Part shown: positions 41,466 to 56,444 of the stretch, one piece after another
How the letters are laid out: every line of letters starts with the position of its first letter
Position numbering within the stretch: the first letter of the stretch is position 1
Assembly: GCA_951406725.2 (NCBI GenBank)
Contig: OX597814.1
Location: 188,728,001-188,792,000 of the forward strand
DNA from: Octopus vulgaris
Lineage: Eukaryota
Reading direction: 5' to 3'
DNA: 64,000 nt
Made by a program: the position numbers and the translations under genes
The notes under the pieces: model-generated
What the model was told of the DNA's origin: nothing
The model's database searches: none
What the model saw: the letters and a program-made list of their open reading frames with translations, nothing else

Positions 41466-41870
41466 CTCTTTACTCTTTTACTTCTTTCAGTCATTTGACT
41501 GCGGCCATGCTGGAGCACCGTCTTTAGTCGAGTAAATCGACTCCGGGACTTGTACTTTGTAAGCTTAGTACTTATTCTATCAGTCTCTTTTGCTGAACCG
41601 CTAAGTTACGGGGACGTAAACACACCACCATCGGTTGTCAAGCAATGGTGGGGGGACAAACAAACACATAAACACACACACACACATACATATATATACA
41701 TATATACGACGGGCTTCTTACAGTTTCCGTCTACCAAATCCACTCACAAGGCTTAGGTCGGCCCGAGGCTATAGTAGAAGACACTTGCCCATGGTGCTAC
41801 GCAGTGGGAACGAACCCGGAATCATGTGGTTCGTAAGCAAACTACTTACCACACAGCCACTCCTGCGCCT
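41466..41870 (-). mobile_element. SINE family B
   Basis: Full-length family match. Confidence 0.92.
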
Positions 41871-44269
41871 TCACACAGCCAATATAGACAATATATAAAG
41901 AAAAAGACCAATAAACTAACCTACCTTAATTTAGCAAGACAGGTAATTCAACCATGTAGTAGCATTGCTACAATTTGATTCTTCATGAGAGTGACTCACT
42001 TAATTTGTTAACGTAAATATATTTACTTTTTACATAAAGCTATAAAGAACTCGAAGTTTGTTGACAGTTACAGACAGGAACAAATAAATATCAGACCGTA
42101 TTCTAAATTTACAGTAATTTCTCGGAGATGGCTTTCAAGGTAAGAAGAATTTAAGAAGAAAATTTTCCTTCTAAAGTGAAGTAGAATGAAAAGAAAATTA
42201 GAAGCGCGGTTCTATAGCAATTGTGCTAGCGTCGAGGATTAAAAGATGGCAAATATTATAGTGATGATTGTAAAATTAAGCTAATGATCACAACTACTTG
42301 CAAGGCTTATCCTAACAACTGATGTTAATTTACTGAAAGAAAACAAACCATGTTTTAAATTGATCAGCATCTGAAAAAAAATCTTCATTAGGTTTCACGT
42401 TTCAAGAACAGGAGGATGTGAAGTAATTTGTGTATCAATTAGTCGACTTGTAATTCATGCCGCAAGTAATTGCTGTAAGACAATTTTTTAAAGTTTTCTC
42501 TGTTAATGAAAGAACAAGAAAATGCTAGTAGCAAAGCGAACGCAAACTAAAACAACGTTGTTATTTTAATTTTCTGTTGACCAAAAATGAAAACTCTTTA
42601 AATCATCCCAAGTTAATCGATTTTTTTTTATGTTTCTTCTTAAGCGCTGATGTGAATATGAAAAATTAGGCAAATATTTTCAAGATCTTTTTCATTTCAT
42701 TTCATCTCGCTCTAGAAAATATTAAGTTACAGTTTGTTAATCCTAAACCAACAATTCCACTTTTGTTAATCACAGTTATGATTTTAAACAGAGGTATAAT
42801 GAAAGTGTATATGTTTGTATGAGTATGTGTGTGCATTTACATATTTGTGTAATTATATGATAGTGCGTGTGTGTGTAAATCTTTGCCCAATTGCGAAAGA
42901 AGAAGGGATAGTGATAAAGAAGATAGTTTCGAATTACATGGGAATATTTGATAGAACGATTGCTAGGGCTGTTTACTTCCCTCTTTAATAGTAATTTTGT
43001 GTTACTACAATCAACATCTTACCGCGATCAGACCTAGAGAACGGCAGGCTTCTCTAGGTTTAAAATGGCCGAACTTGCCTATGCCACGATAGCCGAGAAT
43101 CCAAAGCAAGGCAAAATTTAAAATATGCAGCTTCAGCAACATTTAACAACGAGATGAACTGTGTTATATCCAAAGAATTAATATTGCTTATAAGTACATA
43201 GAATGATAATTTGAACACTCTTACAGGCACTTATTTCATTAACTGTACTAGTTGAGTGGTGAAATGTGTGGTTTTGGAAACCCGTAGCACGTTACAAGAA
43301 ATGAAAAGATTTCGAAAATCCTACATATGGGAAGCAGCTGGAGATTTTGTTTCAGGTGAAATCTAAGAAACGAGATAAAATCTACGACTTAATAAAGATC
43401 TCAGGTGGGCAGCAAATGAAGGTAGTAACAGAGGATAGAAGGTCTTAATGCTACATTTATGGAAACACTGATCATCTCAAATAATTTCGCTTTCTGCCCT
43501 CTACAACAATAGAAACTGCCAGCTGATAGAAGGCCTCTACTACAGCCAGCATTACAATTTCATGTCCAACAGTAGCAGTGACCACATCAGAAACGAGCAC
43601 AGCAATTTCAACAATAACAACCAACCGCATCAATAGTTATTGCAATTCCAGCTACAAGACTGCAAGAGACACAGCAGCAACAATGGAAACAAAAATAACA
43701 AAAACAATAAAAGAGCTACCGATCTCAAGAGCCAGCATATCACCACCAACAGCAGCCGTTCAAGAATTTGGACCTGGAGATCTCCATTTCCAGCGGCTTC
43801 GAGGGCCACCTCCCAGTGTTGTCGGGCATCAACGAAGAGCCCTCGACTACAACAAGACGACCAAAGTTTTTTTTTTCTAAGGTCTGGGGTCTCCCGCCCC
43901 TAAGCCCTAGACCACCACCTAATCACCCTTACCCATCTTGTTGCTTAACAACAACAACCACCAACAGCAACAACTGAAAGCTACTCCAGCCCTACAAACA
44001 ACAATAAATTAAAAAGGCAACGGCTTCCCATTAATATATATCCCTCCCACTTGCGGCCACTCAGGTAAGTAGGGACATGATGAGGCTAAATGGCAAAAAA
44101 TTACCAATGCAAAGAGAAGAAAAAGAATAAAAAAACACAGCGACACAAAAAACGGGTAGCTACAACACATGGGGGATAAATGCTTTGGATGAATGATACA
44201 CCAGTAATACCCCCAACAACAGTTATTGTATAATGATATACATATTCATATACATTTGTGTGTGTGTGT

Positions 44270-44505
44270 GTGTGTGTTTGTGTGTGTGTCTGTCTGTTTC
44301 CACCACCACCGCTTTACAAAAGTTGTTGGTTTCTTTAAGTCCCCCGTAACTTTGCGGTTCGGTAAAGGGATTCGATGGAACAAGTACCAGGCGTAAAAAT
44401 AAAATAATAAAATAAGTAGTGGGGTCCATTTATTCAACTAAAAATTCTTCAACGCATTGATCCAGCATGGCCGCAGTGTTATGACTAAAACAGTAAAAGA
44501 TTGAA
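44270..44505 (+). mobile_element. SINE family B, 3' half
   Basis: GTCCCCGTAACTT..CCAGCATGGCCGCAG.. Confidence 0.8.
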
Positions 44506-45702
44506 AAGAACATGATATATGTTCTTGGCTACTTCACATAGCCAATAGTTATTTGCGATATTGTGAACTTTACAGTATGCGATAACGACATATCTACTTC
44601 CCAACTATATATGCAGTATAAATTAAAAATTCATTTATATTTCATTTAAAATTAATGTAATTTCTTGAGAAATTTTGAAGTCGAAATAAACACCTTCTTC
44701 TATAAGTTCCGTAATAACTGATACGGCACCTTCACAAATATCAACATTAATAGTAATGCCGAAAATATGTTTAAGTTCTTTTAGAAATAACATTTATTAC
44801 AATTGCAGCGTTTCAAATGAAGTTAAAAAGTTTCCTCTTGCTAACTTCATAGTCGAAACACATACACAAACACGCAGACACACACGCAGATACACACGCG
44901 CGCACATACACACACACACACGCACACACACATTTTGCACTATACCTGTACAACTGCTAATATGAAATATTCGGTTTACTTGAGAGGGGGGCATTCTAAA
45001 GTGTTTTTCAGAAGTGAATAATATAATTATATAATTATATATTACATGTTATGTCCTGGAGGTTCCAATATAATATAAATTAACATAAATTAACATCACT
45101 TTGTACAAATTGAACAACGCTATTTCGGTTTACAAGCTTTTGAAGACGTTTTGTTTGTTTATATAATTCGACATATTTGCAATATTTTCGAGTTAAAGAA
45201 ATTATAACATCTCAAATAAAATTTGAATTCTTATTCGTTTACATTAAAAATTAGATAAATGAATAAAATTGAATTTATTAAACATCAAATAAGAAACAAA
45301 AATATGTGCATTAGATAAAATAAATTAGGTTTTATTACATAAAGAAGGTAACATTGAAATCTATCTGCTACCTGTCTAAGTATGTATGTATATACAATTT
45401 ATACGTACAATAAGTATTATTTACGTATACATTGCGCACATACATAAACACACACACACATATATGAAGATACGTAGATACTGGTATTTGCATAGAGCCT
45501 ATGGAAATTATATAATATGTAGGAGGATAAATATCAATACTTATTACATTAAGTGTGATTCTGTGAGAAATAAAGTAATTTTGATATATTTAACAATAAT
45601 TATATCGCTATCCGTATTTGGGGGACGTTGTCTAGGATTTAATAACTTCTAGGTGTTTCCTTCAAAATCGAAGACAATAACAATATAATTAGTTGTTCTA
45701 AA

Positions 45703-45910
45703 TACTCTTTTATTTGTTTCAGTCATTTGGCTGTGGCTATGTTAGAGCACCGCCCTTTAGTCGAGCAAATCGACCCCCAGGACTTATTCTTTGTAAGCCT
45801 AGTACTTATTCTATCAGTTTCTTCCGCCGAACCGCTGATTTACGGGGACGTAAACACACCAGCATCGGTTGTCAAGCGATGTTGAGGGGACAGACACACA
45901 CACATCTATA
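45703..45910 (-). mobile_element. SINE family B, 3' half
   Basis: Family match. Confidence 0.85.
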
Positions 45911-45949
45911 TATATAAATTCGATGCAACAAGTACCAGGCGTGAAAAAA

Positions 45950-46328
45950 TTGATTCTAGAAAATCCTTACAGCCATTTAACACTAAATTTGTGGTCTCCA
46001 AACCCACAGATTTAAATACTACAAACATCTATGTTTGAAGCGCTATTGAAACGGAGACTAATCGACATCCTAACATTACCATAGCATCAATGAAGGCTAC
46101 AATTTTCAATATGACGTCCAAAATATATAAGGTCCATTTAGTGTGGGCTGGCTATGATTCCGATACCGTATCGAAGCAGTCAACTAAGCTGATTCATAGA
46201 ATTATCTTATAAAAATCCCATGGACAAGTGTGCAATTTGTTATTAAAATACATGTGGTTTTTCTTCTACATCAGAGCTGTTTTATAAAATTACCAAACAT
46301 GTTCTCAAATACCCCTCACATGCTGTAT
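45950..46328 (+). mobile_element. Old Tc1/maT transposase 3' remnant
   Basis: LWSPNPTDLNTTNIYV*SAIETETN (cf. WPPNSPDLNPLDYYVWGAIE); TIR-like end ..CTGTA. Confidence 0.6.
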
Positions 46329-46409
46329 ACACAGATACACTTAGACTGACACACATACATATGTGTGTTAGTCTAAGAAATATCAGGAGAAAACTGAAGA
46401 ATTTTATTT

Positions 46410-47030
46410 GATATAAAAGACCAGACCTAAAACTATGTCCTGGTATGGCTTGAAACTGCAAACAGTTGTGGGGCCCTGTTGGCCACATTGTTCTCAGGTT
46501 TACTCTGACTAGCAATAGTAGCACCTGTCAATGTCCCAGGTACAGGTTAATTATAGAGACTATAGAGTTGATGGAACTTATCTGTTTGGGGTAGGGGCAA
46601 CATGTCAAGGGGAATGAAAACCCAGAGTCCAAATCTCCGTTGTCTTGCGGCCGCACCCAATCATGGGTAAGGCTTAGGAGTAAACTCCGAGAAAAAATCG
46701 GAAATCGAAGTCCCTGAGAGAGTAAGACATTTTGTAAAACCTCATTCTGGCAACTCCTGCGACAAAGCTGGGCCAAATTGTGAAGCCTGGGTCATTGCTT
46801 TGGATCCATCAGGGACGAGGAAAGGGGTACATATTGCGTATGCAACAACCTGTCCTCTCTACCATACTGTGATAACTCGGATCTTATCGAACCCCCTTTA
46901 CTGGAGGGAGTGAACCGGATATCATCGCTGTTCTAGGAGGACAGACAGTTAGGGGTCTTCATTCATGGTGATCAGTGACAGAGGCCAAAATCTTAAGCTA
47001 AAAAGCACCGTAATCTGGTCTTTTTCTCTA
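46410..47030 (+). mobile_element. GC-richer repeat, possibly an RTE LINE 5' region
   Basis: GGGGCAACATGTCAAGGGGAATGAAAACCCAGAGTCCAAA resembles RTE 5'-UTR motifs; no ORF support. Confidence 0.3.
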
Positions 47031-47578
47031 AGAATTTGTTTTGTGTGGATATCACGATGATGGTCGTTCAGAGATGCTTGGCGTTTTTTAAACGTTATTT
47101 CAGAGCTGAGGAAAGAATATTAGAATTAAAAATGTTGCCACTTCGACAGTTTACAATATATTCTAATCAAGGTACGAAATAAAAACAAAGCCTGGAAACA
47201 AGGCATAATGAAAATCGATAAAATAAGCAAAAAATAATTAATTTACAGAGAATGAAAATATAATGGGTAACTTGTTTTGATTACAAAATTTGGAGGGAAA
47301 CGCAAAACAATTATATTGGAGACAGTTGAAGAATGTTGCAATACGACGGAGTATGGTTTTGCACGAAGCAACTAGAAAATATATCCCAGCTGTCAAATAT
47401 TTTCAACACAAGATTACCTTTATAAATAACCACAGTTTGATCACAATTGAAACACATCTCTAACAACAAAAAACCGTTTCATACCTACCTACCTACCTAC
47501 CACCTACGTACATATGTATATGTATATGTATCTATATATGTATATGTGCATATATGTATGTGTATAGGTCTCACTCTG

Positions 47579-47650
<72 letters not shown>

Positions 47651-48699
47651 ATGAAGCTAGAGTAGGTGAATTTAATTTTCGGCGGTTTCAACTTTAAAGG
47701 TAGTTTCATTATTAAGAAATACACAGAAAACAACCAAAGGGAAATTATTTATTTAGCTGATGCTGAGTTTCTTTGCTTCAATGCTTCATGTATTGGTTTA
47801 CAAAATTAAATTAGTTTGGCTGATATTTATGTTTTGGCTTAGTCAATACTAACGGGAAATCTTTCTAATCTTTGAAACCATTGCGGAAAAAATATAAAGC
47901 TCGCAGCATTGTTTTTCTTAAAGTAAGCTAAATTATAAAATTTTTAGCATGACATAATCTCAAAGTACTTCTTTATTTTTTTTTACTATGATCGTAACAA
48001 TCCTCTAACAAAACTACAGGATTAATAATCAGCAGTTCCAATCACTCGTGGAATATGTGGAATCCATATCTACAATTGTAGAATTGTTAATATATTGTAT
48101 TCAAAGATTTTCTTAGTAAAAAAAAAGTTTCACTTATCATGACAACACAGATACTAAAACACACATAGACACTCACACATACACACAAACACACTTGCGC
48201 GCAAACATGAACTTGCATACATAGAGGCATATATACATACACATACCTGATTTCTTTAATACAGATGTATGGATATTTTTGGCGTATAGATAAGGTCAGG
48301 TAACAAGATACAGAAGCGTGGCGAAAGTCTAAGAAAACGAAAGAAGTAAGTATACGAGGAACGATCGTTTCTGTGTAAGGTGGCACAAGGCCAGCAATTT
48401 CTAGACGCGGACTAGAGGCACTGAAGGGTAAAGTTGACCTCGGCACGATTTATATAATCATTAATCGAAGAGTCGGGTGAATACTTCAACGCATTATCTC
48501 CGATGCTCTACCGATGCTGACCATCTAAACACCATAAATAATAATGGTTTCAAATTTTGGTACAAGGCCAGCAACTTCGGAGGAAGGGGCAAGTCGATTA
48601 CATCGATCCTAGTGTTCCACTGGTACTTATTTCATCGGCTCCGAAAGAATGAAACGCAAAGTCGAGCTCAGCGGAATGTTTACTTTTTATCGTGGGCAA

Positions 48700-49114
<415 letters not shown>

Positions 49115-49472
49115 AAGAAAAATAAGTTGGCTAGCAGCGAGCTGTTTTGCCTCATACCGAAGGAATTAGAACTGGCAGTCAAAGACCGTTTTTTCCATTT
49201 CTATAAGTGGAGATTCCAAAAACGAAGGCCCTTGCGGCTCACATACACAAAACCGGAGTGGCAAATATACGAATTCAGTCACTTACCGTTAATAGCGAAC
49301 ACGGTGTTTCTGGATCACAAACATATAAAAAATAGGGGACTTTGAATTCCTTCTTCAGCGCTATATTCGTTAGCTTTATCAAATGCCACCAGCCCTCACT
49401 TCTGACCCAGCGACATCAGATAGTGGGGGGAAGTGCGCAGATGCTAAAACCAAGTAACGACTGGGAACGTAA

Positions 49473-49507
<35 letters not shown>

Positions 49508-50476
49508 TACACACATTCTAAATGATTAATACAGAAGGTGTGTGGCCTAGCGGGTACAACGTTGAACTCACGATTATGAGGTTTGGGTCTGATACTTGGA
49601 CAAGGAGGTATGTTGTGCCTCTGATCGAAACATTTCATTTCATATGGTTCTATTCCACTGAAAACGAATACCAGCAACTGAGGATTAATTCCTTGATGGT
49701 CTGGCGTCGATTCAAGCCTTACGAATAACCCCACAATCATTAAACAGACTTTAGCTTTAACCCTTTTATATTTATCTTTTGTGGGTAAGGAATCGGTTTA
49801 GTTAATTATGGTTTATAACAATTAGGGGAATTCATGTAACAAATTAAAGAGGCGTCAAAATAATACCAAAATACTCAGCCGTATTGCCTGTTAAGAAGAC
49901 AAAGCTTGGTAGGCATCCGGTTAAGTATCAAAACTTAAACCATTATAAATAAATCTATAATCTGTTATACGATTCTGATGTTTGCTTTTTTGATGTCTTG
50001 ATTATTCCATAACATTGCAATAAACGGCATTTCTATGCATCCATCTCCATATCCACAATGCTAATACGTTGCTCTCATATTCATGCATGTGTGTATCTAT
50101 AATTATGCGTAGAGAGGGTGAGAGAAGGGGAGAAAGTGGGAGAGAGTGAGAGAATATTGACCCTAAATCACCGTACAGTAAGAGTTTAATGCATTGTTGT
50201 ATTAATTAAATGTATTAATTAAAAAATTATGGTGTATCAGTCGGTTGAAAACGTTTAACTTGGGTATATAATTTGCATGAATCTATTTTAGTACATTTTA
50301 ATTACAGCTTGTTTTCATAAAATGAATTTAAATCTTCTTGAAAGATTAACGGCATACGAGGACTTAATATTAATATTTCCTTTGCAACTCGTGTACGAAT
50401 CTTCATCTTCCTTGAAGGTGGTTACATCTATCGCTAGATAACAACGGGTTTCTCTGTTAATACAGAAAGACGATGT

Positions 50477-50713
50477 GGTACTTATTTAATCGACCCCGAA
50501 AGGATGAAAGGCAAAGTCGACCTCGGCGGAATTTGAACTCAGAACGTAGCGGCAGACGAAATACAGCTAAGCATTTCGCCCGGCGTGCTAACGACTAGGT
50601 TCTGGGTTCAGTGCCACTGCGTGACACTTTGGGCAAGCGTCTTCTACTATAGCCTCGGGCCAACCAAAGCCTTGTGAGTGGATTTGGTATACGGAAACTG
50701 AAAGTAGCACATC

Positions 50714-50715
<2 letters not shown>
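50477..50715. mobile_element. Truncated SINE A (minus) fused head-to-head with truncated SINE B (plus)
   Basis: A internal part 50477-50594; B from its B box at 50598-50715. Confidence 0.85.
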
Positions 50716-50759
<44 letters not shown>

Positions 50760-50829
50760 CTGTGTGTGTGTGTGTGTGTGTGTGTTTGGCCCCCCAGCAG
50801 AGAGGTTGGTGTTCACCATTTCAACAATA

Positions 50830-52900
50830 GAAATTTGTTCAAGTCTTTAAATTTGATAAAATTTCACATTTGAAATCTAGCAGATCAGTAGAATTCTTAG
50901 GCAAAAAAAAAAAAAAAAGAATATGAGATCTTTCGCCAAAGCAAGCCTGCATCTCTTTGATTCATGAACGTCTGGTGTTAATGGCTCCACGTTCATCCAA
51001 TAATTGGTGTGTAATATGCAGTTGGCCTTCACAACTCAGATATGGCTAGATAAATTCCTGGATTCCTTATCGACGTGTCGGAAAGAAATTGGTTGTAGGC
51101 ATATTGCATTTTAAAGCCACCTTTGCATATAGCAACATAATTTTTCATTTTTATTTTCTAATGTTGGATCACTTCTGTGACTTTGGCTTCATAAACAAAT
51201 TAGCTGGTCATATTACTTTGTCGAAAATATTTAAAAAATTATATATACTCTTCTCCTGTCTCCGGGTGAGTAGTGATATACGAAGCAATACTACAAATAA
51301 TTGCCATGCCTTTTTCTTCCCCATCCATGACGTAAATCCCGCTTCACTTATCGATTCAGTTATGTTTTGTCCAATTCAGTGGACGACTGTGAAGATCGCC
51401 AACATGTCTGCTAACGCTGGAGATCTTTCTAATATATTGTCAAGATCCTCGAATAAGTGAGCACCTTCAAGCACTGACAAATGTTCGGGCCGATCTCTGA
51501 ATGACACCTTCACATGAAAATTCGAAATATATTTGAGTCCTCATGAAGAAATTTTTCAGTTCACAAGACAGCAATGTCCACTTTGGTGATATCTGCATCC
51601 CCTGGGGGCAAATGAGTCAGTCATCTCTCCATGGTTCACATGCAGTGGCGAACCGTACAAAATTTTGTCGGTTATGCGTGGATAAGCAAATACGTCGCAT
51701 ATCTTAATAATTTCCTCAACCCAAATTTTCGACATCCGTATATTTTCGACTCCAGAACCTCAGTTCCTCTAAATCAGGTAGATATGGTCTACGGATGCGG
51801 AAGATAGTTTGTCTTTGAAAATGGTCCTTTCAGCTAATGTTGTTGCAGTATGCAGTGATGAGAGATCTACTGGCAGTGCAAGGTTATACAATCAACTGAT
51901 GGCCAGGCGTCCCGATATTATTGGTAAAGTGACCTTTCTGTAACTTGTTCATATTCAAAGCTAGCATTATGTTTCCGAGTATTCTCCGTATTAGTCGATC
52001 TTTGGCGGTGAAGCAATTAACCTCTCAGCACGCTGCGGTTATGTAGAGGAGCTATCTCAGTTTGCTTTTCGGAAAGATTTTTATGCAGCATGACATAAGA
52101 TAGATTAACGTCCAGATATTGCAGTGACTCAATTAGATGTTCGTGCTATTTTATCATCTTTTAGTGAACGGTTATTGTTACAGATATGGGACACTCGAGG
52201 ATTTGCGATTCCTCGTCCAGCATAAGTGAAAATTGGACAGCATCTCATCACATCATTGTATAATTACTTTTTTGTCTGAAGATTAACTTATATTTGCGCA
52301 AGCTTGATTAGTACAGGGGTAACTTGGGGGAAAACAACCAGCTACAACAGTGGGAATGTCATCGATATTGTTGTCACTCAAGCAATACACATTCATAGCT
52401 ACTTGTATGCTTTAACAATCTTATTAATAACAATAAAATTGTAGACTGACATTCTGAAACTTCATTTCGCTGAAGTCTAATTGTCGACTGGAAGGCGTAT
52501 GCGTGTGTTTCTCAGCATGGGGAATATTTCTGGAATTCGACATGAGCAGTGTCACTGTAACATATTGACCAAAATAACCGTAGTTCCAGTCATCATTTCT
52601 AAACTAGCAGCGATTACGGCGGTAGCTTTGCACTCAACTTTTCCCAGCAAAATTCAGCTGATTTGGTTATAACACGGCCTGCTATTTAAGCTTGGCTTTT
52701 TGAATTCCAATGGTTTAAAGATTCTGTCCACGAAAATAGCTTTTAATCAACCATGTTTCTGCTTTTGTTTTTAGTTAATGCGCATGCCATTGCCAAATAG
52801 AACACACACACGTTGGGGTCAAATAATTTGTGTTATAGTGGTAAAAAGTTTAGTACCTGATTCATCACTTTGGTTACTTGCCAAATCTGTCAGATAAAGG
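50830..52900 (-). mobile_element. Heavily decayed hAT (Charlie-like) transposase
   Basis: Minus-strand fragments FSLMLDEES (cf. FSLALDEST), HHCILQQH (cf. HCIIHQQ) and LADMLAIF, in the expected order. Confidence 0.55.
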
Positions 52901-53218
52901 TATGAGATTGCGCAGGACCACTCATGGATCATTGAGGTCATATCTATGGGGACGACATAATCAGTCAAACATGTATCATTCGATCCGGCAAGAATGTATC
53001 ATTAGAAAAATCAGTGTTTTTATAGTAATTCGTAAAAAAAATTTATCCCAGAGATTAGTCTGCATATCACCTGATGAAATTATTTTCAGATTCATTACAT
53101 TTCGTGGTCAACGGGCTTGACGTCTACTTAGATACCTTGCTGTTTTTTAAAAATCAAATATAGGTATCGGAGCCTTTTATGTGGCCGTCCGCCTGCTAAG
53201 CTTGGTGGTATGGCCTTG

Positions 53219-53440
53219 AGCTGGCAGAAACGTTACCACGCCGGGCGAAATGATTAGCGGTATTTCGTCTGCGTTACGTTCTGAGTTCAAATTCCGCCGA
53301 GGTCAACTTTGCCTTTCATCCTTTCGGGGTCGATAAATTAAGTACCAGTTACGCACTGGAGTCGATGTAATCGACTTAATACCTATGTCTGTCCTTGTTT
53401 GTCCCCTCTGTGTTTAGCCCCTTGTGGGTAATAAAGAAAT
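53219..53440 (+). mobile_element. SINE family A with TSD GGTATGGCCTTG
   Basis: Family match and TSD. Confidence 0.92.
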
Positions 53441-53965
53441 AGGTATGGCCTTGTGCCTAATCATAACGAGCATCAAACTTAAACGTACCTTCAATTGATT
53501 TCCGGTACAATTACTACAGACTACTTGCCAAATTCAAAGCAGTAAAACAGTATGCAATGAAAATGTAGAAGTGGGGCGTGGCGAAATTGTATTGAAAGTA
53601 ATCAGTTATAACTATATATATATATATGCTATTGTGTAGACTGAGCTGTCAAATGATTGATTAAATAAAATAAATAAATATATTGAGCTGCTGCTGTCAT
53701 AGCTAGCCTTATATCTTGACTATACGGTTTATGCTCATGGCAAAATACCTAGTCTTTTATTGCCAGCTAATGAAAATCCTAATAAATCATAGCGTGTCTG
53801 TTCAATAAAATGAACCTTGTTATGATACCTAATTAGCAACTAATTAACCAATGCCAGGGAGGATATCACAACTCATGTGTAACATAATTCAGTTACATCA
53901 TACTGGAATGCTTGTATATTTTCTGCTTAAAATATAAGTAGCCATAGCTTATACCGTTAAGATTA

Positions 53966-54599
53966 CTTATTTCTTCATTGCCCACAAGGGGCTAAACATA
54001 GAGGGGACAAATAAGGACAGAGAAAGGGATTAAGTCGATTAGATCGACCGCAGTGCTTAACTGGTACTTAATTTATCGACCCCGACAGGATGAACGGCAA
54101 AGTCGACCTCGGTGGAATTCGAACTCAGAACGTAACGGTAGACGAAATGCCGCTAAGCATTTCGCCCGGCGTGCTAACGTTTCTTATTTCTTTATTACCC
54201 ACAAGGGGCTAAACATAAAGGGGACAAACAAGGACAGACAAAGGGGTTAAGTCGATTACATCGACCCCAGTGCGTAACTGCTACTTAATTTATCGACCCC
54301 AAAAGGATGAAAGGTAAAGTCGACCTCGGCGGAATTTGAACTCAGAACGTAACGGCAGACGAAATACCTATTTCTTTACTACCCACAAGGGGCTAAAAAC
54401 AGAGGACAAACAAGGACAGACAAAGGGATTAAGTCGATTATATCGACCCCAGTGCGTAACTGGTACTTAATTTATCGACCCCGAAAGGATGAAAGGCAAA
54501 GTCGACCTGGGCGGAATTTGAACTCAGAACGTAACGTCAGACGAAATACCACTAAGTATTTCGCCCGACGTACTAACGTTTCTGCCAACTGGCTGCCTT
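53966..54599 (-). mobile_element. SINE A head-to-tail trimer
   Basis: One full and two 5'-truncated units; single flanking TSD ATAC(C/T)GTTAAGATT. Confidence 0.9.
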
Positions 54600-54732
54600 A
54601 AAGATACTGTTAAGATTTCTAAGTGAATGCATGTGTGTATATGTGAGAACGCATGAACATGCACACACACGCTCAATATATATATACGTAAACATATACA
54701 TGTACATATATATGTATATGTATACAGCTACA

Positions 54733-54819
<87 letters not shown>

Positions 54820-56127
54820 ATGCGCGCTGAGACTGCGACATCTCAGGCTCTTCGTAGACGACGGTGAACAGGTGTGGTCGCCGTTTGTGAGGCACGCTTT
54901 CTCGCAGCTCGTCTTCATGACCGAACTGCAATCGTGAATCAAAAAGAGGCCGAGGAAGGGCGAATGGCACCGCGAGTGCCGCGTTGCTCTCAAGCAACTC
55001 TGCCGTCCTGGGTCAACCTTGAGTGACTCCATCACAACCAAAGCATTCTATATGGGATTAGTGGAGGGGAGATACGACGACGAGCTCGGGGCGAACCTGG
55101 ACGTCGACGAGGAATACCTGACCCGCCTGTTCGGGACGACTTTCGGGCCAGGGCCCATGGACAGCTTCCAGAGATCCCTGGCCTGGCAGTGCTACCGAGA
55201 AGCGCTATCCGTTCGAGATAAGCTCTACAGACACGGCTCGAGAAACACGGGGCCGACCTGCCCGAGATGCTGTCAGAGCGACGAAACCGTTCTGCACGCA
55301 CTCGTGCAATTTCCAACAATTTCCGACCTGTGGGCTTATGTCGAACAACTGCTGTCACGTGTGGGACGAGTTGGTTTATCAGCTGTGTCTATCGTCAATA
55401 TTGTCACGCCTCCTTCCTTCAAACGGGAAGGAAGAGCTATTTTCATCATCCTTGTGGCTATGGCGAAATAATGTATCTGGTGGATGCGTCTGAAAGGATT
55501 GGAGACAAACACTTTCCTCTCTGGTCAATCCCTCATCAACTTCTTCAAGTACCACTTGAAAAGGAAAGTGAGAGTAGAGAGGCAAGTTTTGTCTAGTGAA
55601 CGTTTTAAAAAAGATGGGTGAATGTAGCAAGGATGGCACGTATGAATGACGAAGCCACCTTGAGCATAATCCTATGAACCCAGAAATTGAAAACAGAGGG
55701 TTACCCACTTGCAAACAAATGTGGTAACATATAACAATATTGACCAAGGTTACCGTGGTCATTTTCGTAGGCTTTTCTTCTCACGGATAAACCTTACTTG
55801 CTTTCCCCTTTACACCATACATCATAACACTGTGATACACGATCCCTATTGATCGTTTTTTTCCTCTTACCCTTTTTTCCCCTTTTTTCTTCTTTCTTTC
55901 ATTTCTCTTTTCTTTTGTTCCTTTTCCTTTTTTTCTTTTTTTTCTTTCTTTTTTTAAATTTTCTTTTTTTTTCTTTTTTTTCCCTTTTACGATCCCTTTT
56001 GATAGAAAACCTACGCCACCTTTTTTTTGTCTCTTTTGTTTTTTGTTTTTTTCATCCCCCAAAAGAAAATCTCTACCTTGTAACTTGTCCCATCTGTGTG
56101 CAGCCCTGTGTGGCCAATAAAGAAACT
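54820..56127 (+). mobile_element. 5'-truncated Tx1/L1-clade LINE (ORF2 C-terminus with zf-RVT, pyrimidine-rich 3' UTR) inside (TATC)n
   Basis: ORF 55019..55471 LAWQCYREALSVRDKL..CPRCCQSDETVLHALVQ; AATAAA at the 3' end; (TATC)n on both flanks. Confidence 0.88.
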
Positions 56128-56144
56128 TATCTATCTGTCTGTCA

Positions 56145-56200
<56 letters not shown>

Positions 56201-56203
56201 GAC

Positions 56204-56248
<45 letters not shown>

Positions 56249-56249
56249 C

Positions 56250-56306
<57 letters not shown>

Positions 56307-56397
56307 ATATCTGTCTGTCTGTATATCTGTTTATCTATCTACCTATCTCTGTATACATATAAATATACGTAGGTGTGTGTGTGTGTGTGTGTGTGTT

Positions 56398-56444
<47 letters not shown>

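Noticed and set aside
51280-51480. GFTSWMGKKKAW read as a PIN/FEN1-like or REL endonuclease motif
   Set aside because: Surrounding ordered motifs fit a decayed hAT transposase better
53966-54599. CRISPR-like or satellite array
   Set aside because: Units are ~180-230-bp SINE copies without spacers, in eukaryotic DNA
55781-56062. Lys-rich ORF
   Set aside because: It is the antisense reading of the T-rich LINE 3' UTR
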